A stretch of DNA of 64,000 nucleotides, taken from NCBI RefSeq assembly GCF_001194135.2, contig NC_068984.1:32389027-32453026 (forward strand). Reading direction: 5' to 3'. The position numbers were made by a program, and so were the translations under genes. The stretch comes from Octopus bimaculoides (lineage: Eukaryota). Of this stretch, positions 40,190-53,729 are shown piece after piece. Position 1 is the first letter of the stretch. Each line of letters starts with the position of its first letter. Under the pieces are notes generated by a model. It was not told the origin of the DNA. It worked only from the letters and a program-made list of their open reading frames with translations, and made no database searches.

Positions 40190-40720
40190 GGCAATACACA
40201 TACCTTGTGTATGTGTGTTCGATATTGTTTGTATTTCTTGCACTGCTTCTCATTCATATTTGTATTTTTTCCATGGTATGAAACTTAGGGACATATCAGA
40301 ACATGGTTGTCACACCATTTTGTAAATAGTCATAGCAAGTGATTTGATATATGCCCAGCCTTGTTTTGAGTAGGTGGTATTGATAAGTCACAAAGAAGAT
40401 GAAAGATTAATGTCTATCACTCCTGCAATGGGACCTAACATGAGTTATCTTACTTGTCTATGCCTTCTAGATGTTTTTACACCAGGTGTGTTGAGAAGAA
40501 AATTTTTTCACATCCTTATAAATCACAATCTACACACGAACTGGCAATACATACACCTTGTGTAGGTGTTCAATATTGTTTATATTCCTCGGGCTGCTTC
40601 TCATTCATATCTAAATATGTATATATATTATTGAGATGTACTTGCATAGCAAAGTGACCTGATCTAAGAACGTGTGCTGGAACGAAAACAATTGCAGCAT
40701 GGAAGGTTTTTATAAGCTAT
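40190..40720. repeat. Local tandem duplication (~350 bp period) of an unclassified repeat
   Basis: GGCAATAC..ACCTTGTGTA..TGTTC.ATATTGTTT.TATT.CT.G..CTGCTTCTCATTCATAT at 40190 and 40543. Confidence 0.6.
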
Positions 40721-41880
40721 TTAAAAACACACAGATAGATATATTAAATCATCTTCGATACAAAACAGGAAGATAGATGAAGTCTTAAAGTGGCGCCATA
40801 GTGCTATGATGATTTCACTTTGAAAACAGCAGTCTTCTCCACAAGCTCAGCACATTTACTGTTCAGGATACAATAATCATCTATTCTGAGATTTCCCATG
40901 TCACAGTGAAATGGTTAAATACTTCAGATATTAGATTACTGATTCCTGCAAGTATTTTGATATCCCTCTAGGCAGCACAATTAACCTTTCATGCCCATAG
41001 TTCTCTTAACTGTGCCAAAGAGGGAATATTAATAACAATTGATTATCAAATTATCCAGGGCAAAATTCATCTGCCTACTTATTGCTACTTGAATATGTTG
41101 CTAAACACCAGCTTATGAGCCTTAGCAGTTGGAGGAGCATTATCGTCAGTATCACAAACTAGTGTATTGTTAGGATCCATTAGTCTAGAGAAAGTAAAAC
41201 ATAGAATAATACAATGCAAATCCTTCTAATTCACTGAAAGCCCGTAACACAGAAACCCAACATCTAAAGAATGTATTATGTAACCACTGTCACAATTCTC
41301 CTCCTCCTCACTCTGTCTTTACCTGTCTTCCTTCCTTTCTAATTTCACACTTTCATCATTATTGCTTTCAAGGAAAGTGTTATAGTTTTGTCAGGTCTCA
41401 ACTACATCAATACATCATTTCACTTCAATGATATAATACATGAGTGAAATATTCTTTGGGCTTTCAATGAAGAATAGTTGAGAATAATTGTCTATTCAAG
41501 TGAATGCTTTTGGCTAATTCCTTTCATCATAGGAAAGGTTATTGTCAACAATAGTATGCATACTTATTCCTTCTGTTATTATATCTGAGTTGACTTCCAG
41601 TTGACAGAATTGTTAGAGAATCAGACAAATTGTTTTGTTGTAATCATTTTGGCTCTTTGCACTTCAAGTTCAAATGTTACTGAGGTCAACTTTGCCTTTT
41701 ATTCTTTTGGAGTTGATAAATAAAGTACCAGTCTCGCACTGAGATCCATTCTTCTCTGCCGCTCTTTCTTTCTATCAGTCTTTTACAGAGAAATCAGCTG
41801 CCATTGCACCTGGCAAATCCTGGGTGTTCTGCCAGGTCTAAAAACGTTAGTTGCACTGTATACCATGATGAAATTCTTAC

Positions 41881-41952
41881 AAATTCATCAGGGAGTTGAG
41901 GGCCCAGAGCAATGTATATCTGAGTACCTGATAATATGAATCCCTTAATATT
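41881..41952 (-). CDS. Candidate exon, NIKGFILSGTQIYIALGPQLPDEF
   Basis: tttacatttcag|AAT...TTT|gtaaga; 72 nt, phase 0-0, good splice sites. Confidence 0.55.
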
Positions 41953-42290
41953 CTGAAATGTAAATTTTATATCCTGTATTAACAATATTAGCACTAACCT
42001 TTTGAATGCAAGTAAGGAAAAGGATCTTGGCACAATCCAAGCTCAATTAGTTGTAATTTAATTAGTTCAGAAGTTAATTCATCATTGTTTCACTTGGTAG
42101 ACTGAGTTAAGGTTGTTATGGTTCAGTACTTTCCTCAAAAAAAAAAAAAAAAAGGAAAATGGAAAGATGAATTTGGCCAAAACCCTACGGGGTTTTACAA
42201 TCTCCTTGAACCAATATAAGTTAAAAAGAACAAGTGGAAAAAATTGGGCTCACTTTTTATTTTAGTGGCTAATCAAATGAAATGTCATAT

Positions 42291-42704
42291 AGGCGCAGGA
42301 GTGGCTGTGTGGTAAGTAGCTTGCTTACCAACCACATAGTTCTGGATTCAGTCCCACTGCATGGCACCTTGGGCAAGTGTCTTCTACTATAGCCTTGGGC
42401 CGACCAAAGCCTTGTGAGTGGATTTGGTAGACGGAAACTGAAAGAAACCCGTCATATATATGTATATGTATGTATGTGTGTATATATGTTTGAGCGTCTG
42501 TGTTTGCCCCCCCCCAAAAAAAAAATTGCTGGTGTGTTTACACCAATGCTGATGTGTTTACATCCCCGTAACTTAGCGGTTCGGGAAAAGGGACTGATAA
42601 AATAAGTACTAGGCTTACAAAGAATAAGTCCAGGGGTCGATTTGCTCGACTAAAGGCGGTGCTCCAGCATGGCTGCAGTCAAATGACCGAAACAAGTAAA
42701 AGAG
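42291..42704 (+). mobile_element. Family C SINE, full length
   Basis: GGCGCAGGAGTGGCTGTGTGG head, ACCTTGGGCAAGTG core, (TA/TG)n, GCTCGACTAAAGGCGGTGCTCCAGCATGG tail; other copies at 43416-43572 (+), 39545-39660 (-), 56986-57212 (+, gapped). Confidence 0.9.
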
Positions 42705-43574
42705 TATATATATGTGTGCTAACATCAACACTGTACTTACATTTCTATGTGATTCTACACTGAAGAAATATAATTATATACTCAGAGTAATTCTTGATTG
42801 AAACTGCATTTAAAAACTAAATTTCAAACCAGGCTACTATCTAAGGGGCAGCTGCATGCCACCTTGGCTTAGTATCTTCCACTTATAGCTTTTTGCCAAC
42901 CAATGACTTATGAATTGATATGTTACATGGAAACTAAAAGAACACTGATGTGTCTATGTGTGTGTGTGTGTCTATGAATGTATATATGTTTGTGTTTCCT
43001 TGTCTTGACATCACATGATAGTTGCAAATGGTTGTCACTGTTATGCATCAGTACCATGCATTTCTAATATTCTGCAAAAACAAGCTTGAACATCAAGAAA
43101 TATTATCTTGCAGGAAAACAGGTGACAGATCCATAAGTAAATTCCACTCATTCCTTATAAACATGAATAAGTGGATGTGAAGGTGATGATGAGGAGGAAG
43201 AGGAGGATGAGGATCAGTAATTATTTCACTTTAGAACTCCGGTTATTCTCTAATATTGAACTGTTGTTTTTCCCTGTAAACCAGAGATGAAGCATAAACT
43301 GAATTAATTCGAATAATTAACACACATATACACATACACACACATAAAAAAAAAGAGAAATGTTGAAAAAGCAATTTAAGAAAATTTAGAAATTAAGGTT
43401 ATGAAAATTTATACTGGCATGGCTGTGTGGTAAGAAGCTTGCTTTCCAACCACATGGCTCTGGGTTCAATTCTACTGCTTGGCACCTTGGGTAAGTATCT
43501 TCTACTGTAGCCTCAGGCTGACCAAAGCCTTGTAAGTGGATTTGGTAGACGGAAACTAAAAGAAGCTTGTCATA

Positions 43575-43609
<35 letters not shown>

Positions 43610-43611
43610 AT

Positions 43612-43990
43612 AAGAGGGGAAGTCAAAAATTATCTGCCCTTCCACCATAGCATATCAGCACCACAGTCTTTCCTCTCTCACACTATTTATGTCAAAGTTG
43701 TCTCTCAGGTTTTGTGCTCTTCACTCATGTACATGCTAGACATGTAGTAGAACATGACTACCACATTTCTTTCTAATTTTGACAAATTCTCTGTTGTTAA
43801 AGTCTATGTATTGTTACAATGCAGCATTACACTTCATGCAAAAGCACCTTACAAACAGTATTTCCATTAAGCAAAAAACATTTCATAGTTTGCAATGGTA
43901 AAAACTCCGAGTTCCTCTCCTCTCCACCAGCTCTCAATCTGGTAACCAGATTTGAGACATCCACCTTCACTATTAAATACCTTACCTAAG
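43612..43990 (-). mobile_element. Highly decayed mariner-like 3' end
   Basis: GAGGGGAAGTCAAAAATTATCTG TIR-like end after a (TA)n run; faint C-terminal transposase resemblance. Confidence 0.35.
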
Positions 43991-44109
43991 TAACAAAACC
44001 TATCATCTATTTCTATGTAACCTTGCCAGTGGTGGGTGTTACATGATGACGGAGATGATGATATACTTAGACTGCTGACATCTGTACATCTGACAAATAT
44101 GAAATCTAC

Positions 44110-44700
44110 AATCCTAGTCCACTTACTTCTGATACCTCTTCATTTTATCAGTGCAGATTGTTTACAATAACTATAGTGCATGGAACTACTGCCTGTCCTT
44201 TTTTTTTTATTTTCTGAATATTGATCAATACCACTTTCCTGATTATAACAGAGTTTTGTCTTCTTTCCTGTTAGTTAAAACTTTTTGGCTAGATTCACTT
44301 TGAGACTTCTTGGCTATAGGTTTTGTTTCAAGAGAGGAATTTACAAACTAAATCTTTGAACAATCTGACTATATGATACAGGAGTTTGTACAGTCAAAAT
44401 GTCTTGAAATCCTCTATAATGGTCTGGAGAATAATTCATTGCTAGATTCATTGTCATCTTTTGCTGATTACACTTATGTGCATTATTAGTGTAGTTCTCA
44501 CAAGCTGTTTGTGTAGCCCTGAATTTCTTTGCAGCCTCTAGACTATAGGGCATGGAAGTCTGTCAAAGCCTTCACTAGGTCAACAATGCTAAGTAGAGTG
44601 GCTTTCTGTAGGCTAATATTTTGGGTGTAGTTGTCTTACTATGAAGAAATTATTGTTGGTATGTTGTTTTGGTATAAACACAGAATTGCATTTCATTTCG
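44110..44700 (-). mobile_element. Decayed RTE LINE RT fragment
   Basis: FFIVRQL...RKPLYLA/VDLVKA; LQTIIEDFKT...LLY; SGKW..SIFRK. Confidence 0.65.
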
Positions 44701-47269
44701 GTTAATCTTCTCATAACCAGAATAAAGATATTAATCTATACTTATTGAATGAATTATTATCTCATTATAAAAAACTAAAAGTGATTCATGCAGGCCTAAC
44801 TTAGTTATTTGGCTTGTGTGTAGAAAATATAAGGCTTTATGAATAACATTAATTCTCATTAAACATTTTTTTTTAAATCGCTCTGCTGCCGTTGATTAGC
44901 TCCAAGAGGCCATTGCCTCTAGCTAGCTATGTGACACATGAACCTGTGTCCATTATAACCATCAAACAGGGGAAGTCAGCCACTTCCCTTGGCTGGTCTG
45001 GCATTTACAGACTAGTTTCAGGGTATTTGCCCCTTATCAATGTAGAGCAGCCGAACCCAGCAGGAGTCCTATTTTTCTGGACTGCCATGTTAGCTTGGCG
45101 ATAACTATTAATTTTAAAAAATGTATTCTAAAAATAAAACAAAGCCTAAGTTTCATGCAGAACACAATGCATGCATCTCTTAATAATACTTTCTACTAAA
45201 GGCACAAGGCTTGAAATTTTTGGGAAGTGGGTAAGTCAATCACATCGACCCCAGTACTCAACTGGTACTTAATTTATCAACCCCGAAATGATGAAAGACA
45301 AAATCAAACTTAGAATATAAGGAAGGATGATATACCTCTAAGCATTTCACCCAGTGTGCTAAAGATTCTGCCAGCTTACCACTGCTATGTATCTCTTAAT
45401 AATGAGTGGATAAATGTACTAACTATTGTGTACTAACTTTTCATACATTATACTTTTCATTACTAACTTTTCATACATTATATTTATAGAACATACTCCT
45501 TTTATGTAAATCAGATTCTCAGAAGAGTGATTACCTCATTGTAGAGAAGTCATATACATATACACACACAAACATAATATGTACAGATACAATACACACA
45601 TGCACATACACACACACACACTGTGATGGGCATCCATCCACTTCTACCACACAAATACACAATGTTGTCTGCTGATATGTGTGACTCTACTGACATAAGA
45701 AGCATGCTGTAGTACATGCTTCTAGTATGATGTTCTTCACATTCTATCTTATACTGAAGGAAACATTTTAACAACCAGATTCCAATAGCAAAAGAAAACG
45801 AAAAAGTGAGTACATGCATGAGTGTGTATGTGTAAATGCGTGTATGTGCAAGTGTGTGTATGCATGTGTGTGAGTATGAGTGTGTGTGTTTGTAAAATAT
45901 TAAGTAGCTAAATGCGATTTATTTTTCCCTATAGTTTCAGTAATTTTATTTCTGTAATCTTATTTTTAAAGTTTACTTAAAGAATAATCAAATCAGCTCT
46001 TAGAAAACAAATTGCAACAAAAACTTAATGCAAGTAAAATAAACCGACGCTATTGATTATAACAACCTGGGACATTTCTTGTGAAATAACTCCTCTATTA
46101 ATGGGAATGTATGCATGTCTCTTAATTTTTCAACATTGAATTCATGTGGCAAAAGAAAAGATGTCTTGTTTCTCATTAAGAAACAAAGCTCTGTCACAGT
46201 AATTTAGTTAACAATCAAATAAATAAATGCTGATAGAGTTACATCATGAATTTCAAAATGTGTTATATATTTTCACCATTCCATTTATAGAATACAAAAT
46301 GGTTAATTTTTCTCTCTTGCCCCAGTCCCAGCTTTCTGGACAATGAGAGAGATCAGGCAAGGGTAACCTTTATCAAGAAACAGGCCACATCAGACATAAT
46401 TCATTAATAAGTAGGCTGCACTGATAAGTTTGATGACTTGGTGTTAGGAATGGCATCCAACTATAGAAACCATGCCAAATCAGAGAGACATCTGAGAGAT
46501 CTGCACTGTGTAGGGGTAGATGTTTTAAAGAAAACATCTTGACCTTCTGCTGTCCGAGGTCCTAGATGAATCTACATCACAGCAAAAAATTCAAAAGAGG
46601 GTAGCAATATTGAACTCCCTCCTTCATTAAAAACTAATCACAAAAGAACAGCTATTGAAAATATATTTGCAGTAACCCAGCATGGCCACAACCTTCCTGC
46701 TGAAATGCTTACAAGAATATGAGAATAAATACATATATATATATATATATATATATACACGTATATATATGCATATACATACACAGACACACATACATAC
46801 ATATATCTATGTATATATATCCTTTTCCTGTGATTTGTCTCTTGTCTTTTAATTCAACCATTATATTTACCCCCGTCATCCACACTCATATCATCATGGT
46901 CATTTATTCACTAGCAGCAGCTAAAGGCAAGTTCGGTGTAGCCACTTCCATCCACCTCCATCAAAGTCATATATCTTCACATCACAGATTGGAAGCCTGT
47001 TCTGATTATATTGATTACATTAAAGCATCACTTTCATAAATAAACTGCCGTGCATTCAGCACTTGTTCTCAAAGCCAAAGACATGAAGTCTGTACCAATA
47101 CATTGACTTCAATAAGATTAATTACATAGACATGGTCTTCAACTAGTTCCCTCCACGCATAAGCATGCACACATACATACCCACCTCCCTCTCTCTTCTT
47201 CATACATACACACAAACATACAAAGAGAAATTCATACTAGCTCGAGTTTTAGAACACACAGATGCTCAG

Positions 47270-47305
<36 letters not shown>

Positions 47306-47551
47306 GCTCACAAAAGTACACACTAACAAGCATGCACACACACACACACCCATACACACACTCAAACCTATTTAAACTATCAGAGAGAACAGTGATATTA
47401 AATTTATTATCCAACAAAACTTAGTGTATATAGACACACATATTTTATATACACACATATTCATATATAAATGTATGTGTGGGCATATATATATATACGT
47501 AGAAAGAGAATGAGAGAGAGAGAGAGAGACAGACAAATTTGTGTTTATGTA

Positions 47552-47597
<46 letters not shown>

Positions 47598-48439
47598 CAC
47601 ATTAGTGTGTGTACATATATACTTATATAGATATGCATATACATTTGAATATGTATATAAACAGAAAAACATATGCACATATATATGTGAATATATGCAT
47701 GCGTGTATGCACATATATATGTGTATATATATATATATGTATGCATATATATGTGTATATATATATATATATAAACATATATATGTATGCATATATATAT
47801 ATATAACATATAAACAAATATAAGTATATAAACATAAATATATACGTTTATGTATAACTGTATGACTGCAAAAATTTGTTCACATGCATATATATAATAA
47901 AAATGTCTGTGTATTGGATATGTGTGTATATAGGTGGTTATTTAATGTGGTGTGTTGTATGATAATATGATTAAATATGAATATGTACAAACACACAGTG
48001 CATGCACACACACACAATATATACGTGTGTTGGTGCAAATTAATGTATATGTGTGTATGCACATTTATGCATGCATACACAGAAACACATATAGACTGAC
48101 CTTCCCCATCACCACTGCCACTTCCATAAAAGAACAAATCACCGTGGCAGTCATATTATTCAGTTTTCAAAACTTAAAACCATTTATAATTATAACGAAT
48201 GGGAAATGTGTGCATCTCTCAAGAATTTCTTCCCCTCTCGGGTCAGCTCCTGAATTATGGTTTTTCTGCTCAACCAGGTGCACTGTTAACCTTCTTACAT
48301 ATGTTATTGATGCAGAAATAATAAACTATTCTTTCTCTCTCTCTCCCTTTATCCCTTTCATTCTTTCTCTTCCATCTTCCTTCTTCCTCGTTGCTTGTTT
48401 AAGAATTTGTCTTCATCCCAGGTTAATTCATAATGCTGA

Positions 48440-48468
48440 TCATGGCGTACAGCTGCTCGGGTGAATAT
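48440..48468 (-). CDS. Candidate terminal coding exon (NIHPSSCTP* in the phase-1 join)
   Basis: Long U-rich tract then ctattcag|AT; the alternative phase-0 frame stays open to 48358. Confidence 0.3.
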
Positions 48469-48649
48469 CTGAATAGCAGTGCACAGAAAAAAAAGAAAAA
48501 AAAAAGAAAAGTAAAAATGGTGAGAAGAATTGGTAATAACAATGAAATGAATTCCCAAGGGGTGAGGGGAAGTGTACAACCAATGCGTGTTCTATAGCTT
48601 TCCCTCCGATGAGTAGGTGCTGTTGAGACCTGCTTAGATATAAACTTAC

Positions 48650-48699
48650 TCCGGTTATTGAAATGATTCCTTGCAATTTTCTTCTCTAGCAGTTTATAG
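48650..48699 (-). CDS. Candidate exon, (S)YKLLEKKIARNHFNNR
   Basis: ttcttgtcag|C...A|gtaagt; only one open frame, phase 2-1; defines an intron at 48469-48649. Confidence 0.4.
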
Positions 48700-48779
48700 C
48701 TGACAAGAACTTCATAATAAAGAGTTCAGTTAATATCAATATTGTAGAATGAAGGTAGAGGGGGGGGGAGGCGGAGAAG

Positions 48780-48960
48780 AAGAGAAAAAAGATGATGAAG
48801 ATGATGATGATGAAGTGGAGTGAAAAAGAAAATGAAGAAAAGGATGAAGATTATGAAGAAAAAGAAGATGAAGATTATGAAGCTGTTAATTATGATGAAG
48901 AAGGTGATGATGAAAAATACAAGGCTAAAAATAAAATGAGGATATAGAAAATGAAGAAGT
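48780..48960 (+). repeat. Degenerate (GAT/GAA)n purine-rich tract
   Basis: Seen directly. Confidence 0.85.
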
Positions 48961-50848
48961 CGAAGGAGAAGAAAAGAAGTGAGAGAGAGAGAGAAAGAGA
49001 GGAAGAATATAAGGTGTTTCTATTTAAGAGACAGAATAAATTCCATAAACTCAGAACCATTATATTTGACAGAAGTTAGTTCCTAGTTGTATCATTATAT
49101 TTTAGTGAATGTGTGTATTTCTAATTATTATTTAACCAAGAGAGTCAGACTGATGACTAAAACCTTTGTCAATGTTTATTTCCAGCTTCTGCAATTTGTT
49201 GTTATCTTTGTTGTTGCTGCCAGTTATCACTAATTTAGCAGTGATTGAGCAGATGGTTAATCAAATATGCTTCAGTTTTGAGCCCTCCTATCTTTTATCT
49301 CTTAGTCAGGAAGGAAAGGCAGAGCTCATAATCCTGTACTGAACTTCTCGAACAAGTGGGAAAGAAGAATGAAAATATAAACAAACCAGAAACTCGACCC
49401 AGATTCTTGCAACAGAATGGACTCAGATAAAAAATTTCTAAAGGTTAGTTGGCGGTATTTAACCAGGCATCAGGTTAAATCAGTTTATACACCCACAGCT
49501 ATATTATTTAATGTGTTGTTTCTTTTCCTGAGTTAATAGGATGTACTAAGGCTGATTTAGCGCTTATTTCTTGCAGTTCAAGGGACCATATAAAGGCTTG
49601 CTTCATCAAGTTGATACCTTGGGGAAAATACTCCAGTTTTGAGCCCCCCTATTTTTTTCTGCATGTATGTGTACACACACACATACATACACAAATACAA
49701 ACTGACATACTTACACACAAAGAATTCCATTTCACAAATCTTATTAACCAGTCATTTAGCCATTCCTACATCTCTCCTCAACACTGGATTACCATTTCTA
49801 TACTTTATTTCCATCATTTTCACATTCTGAAAATACTCAGGAACTGTCTCATCTCTATTGCATTTCATTAATATTATCACCTCTGCCACCAGATTTCTTT
49901 CAACCAGTGTAAAACAACTTTTTATTCTACAGTTTTTATATAATCCTTTTTTAAAGCAATCCTTTTTTAAAGCAATCCTTTTTTCCTCCTTTTATTATAA
50001 TCCTTTCTCTGTTTTGAAATAGTGTTTTCTATTTTATCTCTGCCATAGAATTCTCTCCACTTGTTTTTAATAATTTTTAACAATACTTTTTTAAATCTAT
50101 TTCCTTTTGATATAATCCTTCCTCTTTTGCATGTTTATTTATGCTCAGCTGCTTCTTATTCAGATTGTATACCTAACTTTTCCCAGTATTTCTCAATTTA
50201 GTAACTTGTCTGCTGATTTAGAAGCTGTCTCTATAATATTATATTTTTTTCCTCCTACAACACCATATTCTTTACTGTTTCCCCCCCAATTTTTTCCACA
50301 GCATCTTCCCAACAATATCACATTCACATTTTTGTTTTGCACAAGTTTGCTCACCCCTGGCTAACCATCTTTACTGCACATTGCTCACAAACTTCTGCTC
50401 CATGCCCATCTCCTAACACAGATGCCTTCTTATACAGCTATGTAACGACCAGCCTTTTTCTCTCTTCCTAACTCCTTCCGAAAGAACTGCATTCCTTGAT
50501 GTTTTTCTGCTTCTTCCTTTCCATCACTTTTTGTCTTTTTCCATGTTTCTGATGAAGGTCTAATGTGAAATGTATCCATTTTGTCATGTTTTTTCCTGCT
50601 TGTGCTCAGTTACATGCATATATGTATGTATATAGACCAATGCTCCACAAACATAAGCCTGAAATACCAAATCTTCCCACTCTATCAATACATTGGAAAC
50701 ACTTTGACCCAATTCCATTTAAATAAGGAAAGCACGCCCATTATAAAATATAAACCACAGCTGAATATCCTTTATCCTTTAGAAAGAAGAAAAAACACTA
50801 AAGAGAAAAGGAAAAAAAACTAACCATATACAACAGACATAAAACAAT

Positions 50849-50902
<54 letters not shown>

Positions 50903-51714
50903 NNNNNNNNNNATATAAATATATACGCACACATACATGTGTATGTGTGTGTGTGTGCAGAGCTGTGTGTCTGTGTGTTTGTGTCTGTGTATGCATGTAT
51001 GTATGTATGTGTCTATGTGTGTGTGTATGTACACATGTGACAGTTGGTTGATTTTCTGATTCAAATGACAATTATTCAAGATGTCTCATTTAATGCTATA
51101 TGGAAGTGCTTGTTTCTTAAGTGTTTAATCCATATTAGTGCCATCCATGATCCCAGTAGCTTGTAATATTTAGTATTTATTTCAAACTCATTCATTCACA
51201 TTTCATAGGAATTATTGTAAAAAATAGCTTGAATTAAATGAACAACTTTCCTGTAACTAGAATATAAATAAGAGTTACCCATTTAATTTGACTGATGCAA
51301 AAATATTAATGCAGTATGATTAGAGGATAGATAAAGTAAAATGCTTAGGATATAGAAATTATTACATTATAACAAATTATCCAGTACTTTTAATTCATAT
51401 AAATTTCATATGTCTTCTTAACTTTTGTGGGATGTTATTTAAGAGAATCTATTTCCATGAGCCAAAATTAATTTACTCTGTTCTGATTTAATGGCCTTGT
51501 AGCTGTTTCTGGTTTTGGTATTACTTAATATTTGAAACATTAAATTTCTATAGGGGCATTTGTTTAACATGACAATATGCAGATATTACTATTAAGATTC
51601 ATAACTAAATGAATCTTGTCATGCTATACAGCTATTAGAAAACAGAAAATAACATCACCATCATCATCATCATTTTTATTATCATCATCAACATTATCAT
51701 CGTTATCATCATCA

Positions 51715-52470
51715 ACTTCATCATCATTTAATGTCTGTTGTCCATGTTGGTATGGGTTGGATGGTTTGACCAGGGCTAGCAAGCTGAGGGACTGTATCAG
51801 ACTGCAGTCTGATTTGGCATGGCTTCTCTGGCCAGATGCCCTTCCTAATGCCAACCACTCCAAGAGTGTAATAGGTACTTTTACATGCCACTGGCACAGG
51901 TGCCAGTTGTGTTACACCAGTATCTGCCATGTCGACGATTTCACTTGGCTTGATGGGTCTTCTATTCAAGCACAGCATATATTACCAATGGTCTCGGTCA
52001 TTTATCATTTCCTCCACCAGTATCTGCTATGACTGCAATTTCTCTCAGCTTTATGGGTCTTCTTCTCGAGCATGACAAATGCCAAAAGGTCTTGGTCATT
52101 GCCGTTGTGAGGTCCAACACTCAAAAGAAACTAATCTACTTTGCCTCTGTGAGGCCCAATGCTCGAAAAGGAACTCAGCCCTTTGCTTCTGTGAGGCCCA
52201 ACGTTCAAAAGATGTTCTTTATATGCCACCAGCATGGATGCACTTGGCTTGATGGGCCCTCTCAAGCACAACACATTGCCAAAGGTCTCGGTCACCAGTT
52301 TGAAGATCATGCTTCACCACCTTGTCCCATGTCTTCCTGAGTCCACCTCTACCACAGGCTCCCTCCACAGTTAAAAATCAGCACTTCTTTACACAGCTGT
52401 CCTCGTCCATATACATCATATGACCATACCAACGCAGTCGTCTCCCTTGCACACCACATCCGATTTCACC
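51715..52470 (-). mobile_element. RTE LINE 3' end with internal tandem amplifications
   Basis: RWYGHMMYMDEDSCVKKC and KTWDKVVKHDL in broken frames; (GAT)n tail; repeated GCCAAAGGTCTCGGTCA and TTTGCCTCTGTGAGGCCCAA units. Confidence 0.8.
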
Positions 52471-53729
52471 TTGCGATAAGTGAAAATCTACAAAGAAGAA
52501 ACAGTACTGTACTGCATATTTTTTTAAAATTATGTTTTATACTTTGTATATATTTATTTTATCATAAATGCAAAACAACATCATGGAGGAATCGATGTAA
52601 GCTTAAATAATAAACTGCAATAGCTGAACCATGATATGGTGAAGATTAATGTGTGTGCTTGTGTGTTGCATACATAAATACATACATACATAGTCTCCAA
52701 TAGCCCAATTATATAACAGGCTGTATTGGCTTGCATGTTACCAGTAGCACTGAAGAGCATTCTGATATTATATAAACACACATAAATGCAACAAACTTCC
52801 ATAAACTTGAAACCCCTAAACAAGTATTAAACTTACAGCATACACGGAAAGTATATAGTGTTTCATTTTGGTTGTGAACTAAACTACATGTATTAGTTAG
52901 TTGTGTGATTTGCAGTGTACTTTGAGCTTGTTTTGTATATCATTAGATAAGTGAATGTTTCTTTTCAAACCAAACTGTTAAATTGATAAGATAATTTCAA
53001 GATTCTTTCATTATGTTGCAGTTGTGCTTCAGTGCATGTATGGAAACAAACTATTAACTTATTCACTCAGTAATAACAAAAAGCATTTGATAATCTTCAG
53101 CAAATGTGGAATATAAACTCAAAACTCAGAATGAAAGTAAAGCAAAATACTTTGAAATGTTTTCATTTCAAAGACACCTTACAAATAATGATTTTTCATT
53201 TTTTTTTATATTTTGGTGACTATTTCATTTTTTTTTTCTCATTCTATAACCAATAAACTTGTTTACAAACTAACTAAACACTTGAGTCAGCTGTTTGGTG
53301 ATGATAAAATGATATCTTTTTATAAACTCTGCTTGACCTTGTCTGACATTTCTAATTGTGTGCTACTGGAAGAATATCTTGAAATAGAATTTCAGTACAA
53401 ATACCAAATTGCACTATTTCTTTTTTAGAAAACAATTTTATTCCCTGTTTGTGTAAAGCTAAAAGCGAAAAATAATAAATGCAGATGACTCTCCATCACC
53501 TTCTGCCTCCACCCAACAAAAATAGATTCTACAGACTTCTAGAACTTGTAAAATATATACTATATTTTCCAATATCCAAGATTCTTTGACCTTAAAGACG
53601 CAGCCCCAATTTTGGTTTGAGAATTTTGAAGATATGATAAACCCCCAAATCAAAATCTTTTTAGTGGGTTACTGACAAAGATTCTGTTGATTTCTTGTTG
53701 TCCGCATCTTTTTCCTTTTGTTAAACACT

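Noticed and set aside
40780-41700. Coding-like minus-strand text including RLMDPNNTLVCDTDDNAPPTAKAHKLVFSNIFK*
   Set aside because: There are stops in every frame and the phases do not match neighbouring candidate exons; it may be UTR or decayed sequence.
44341-44553. 70-aa minus ORF
   Set aside because: It is an off-frame reading inside an RTE remnant.
47952-48464. 170-aa plus ORF
   Set aside because: It starts in a microsatellite, runs through a CT tract and shows no recognisable domain.
51950-52280. Repeat-spacer pattern suggestive of CRISPR
   Set aside because: The repeats are irregular, the spacers are homologous, the context is eukaryotic and no cas genes are present; it is an RTE internal duplication.
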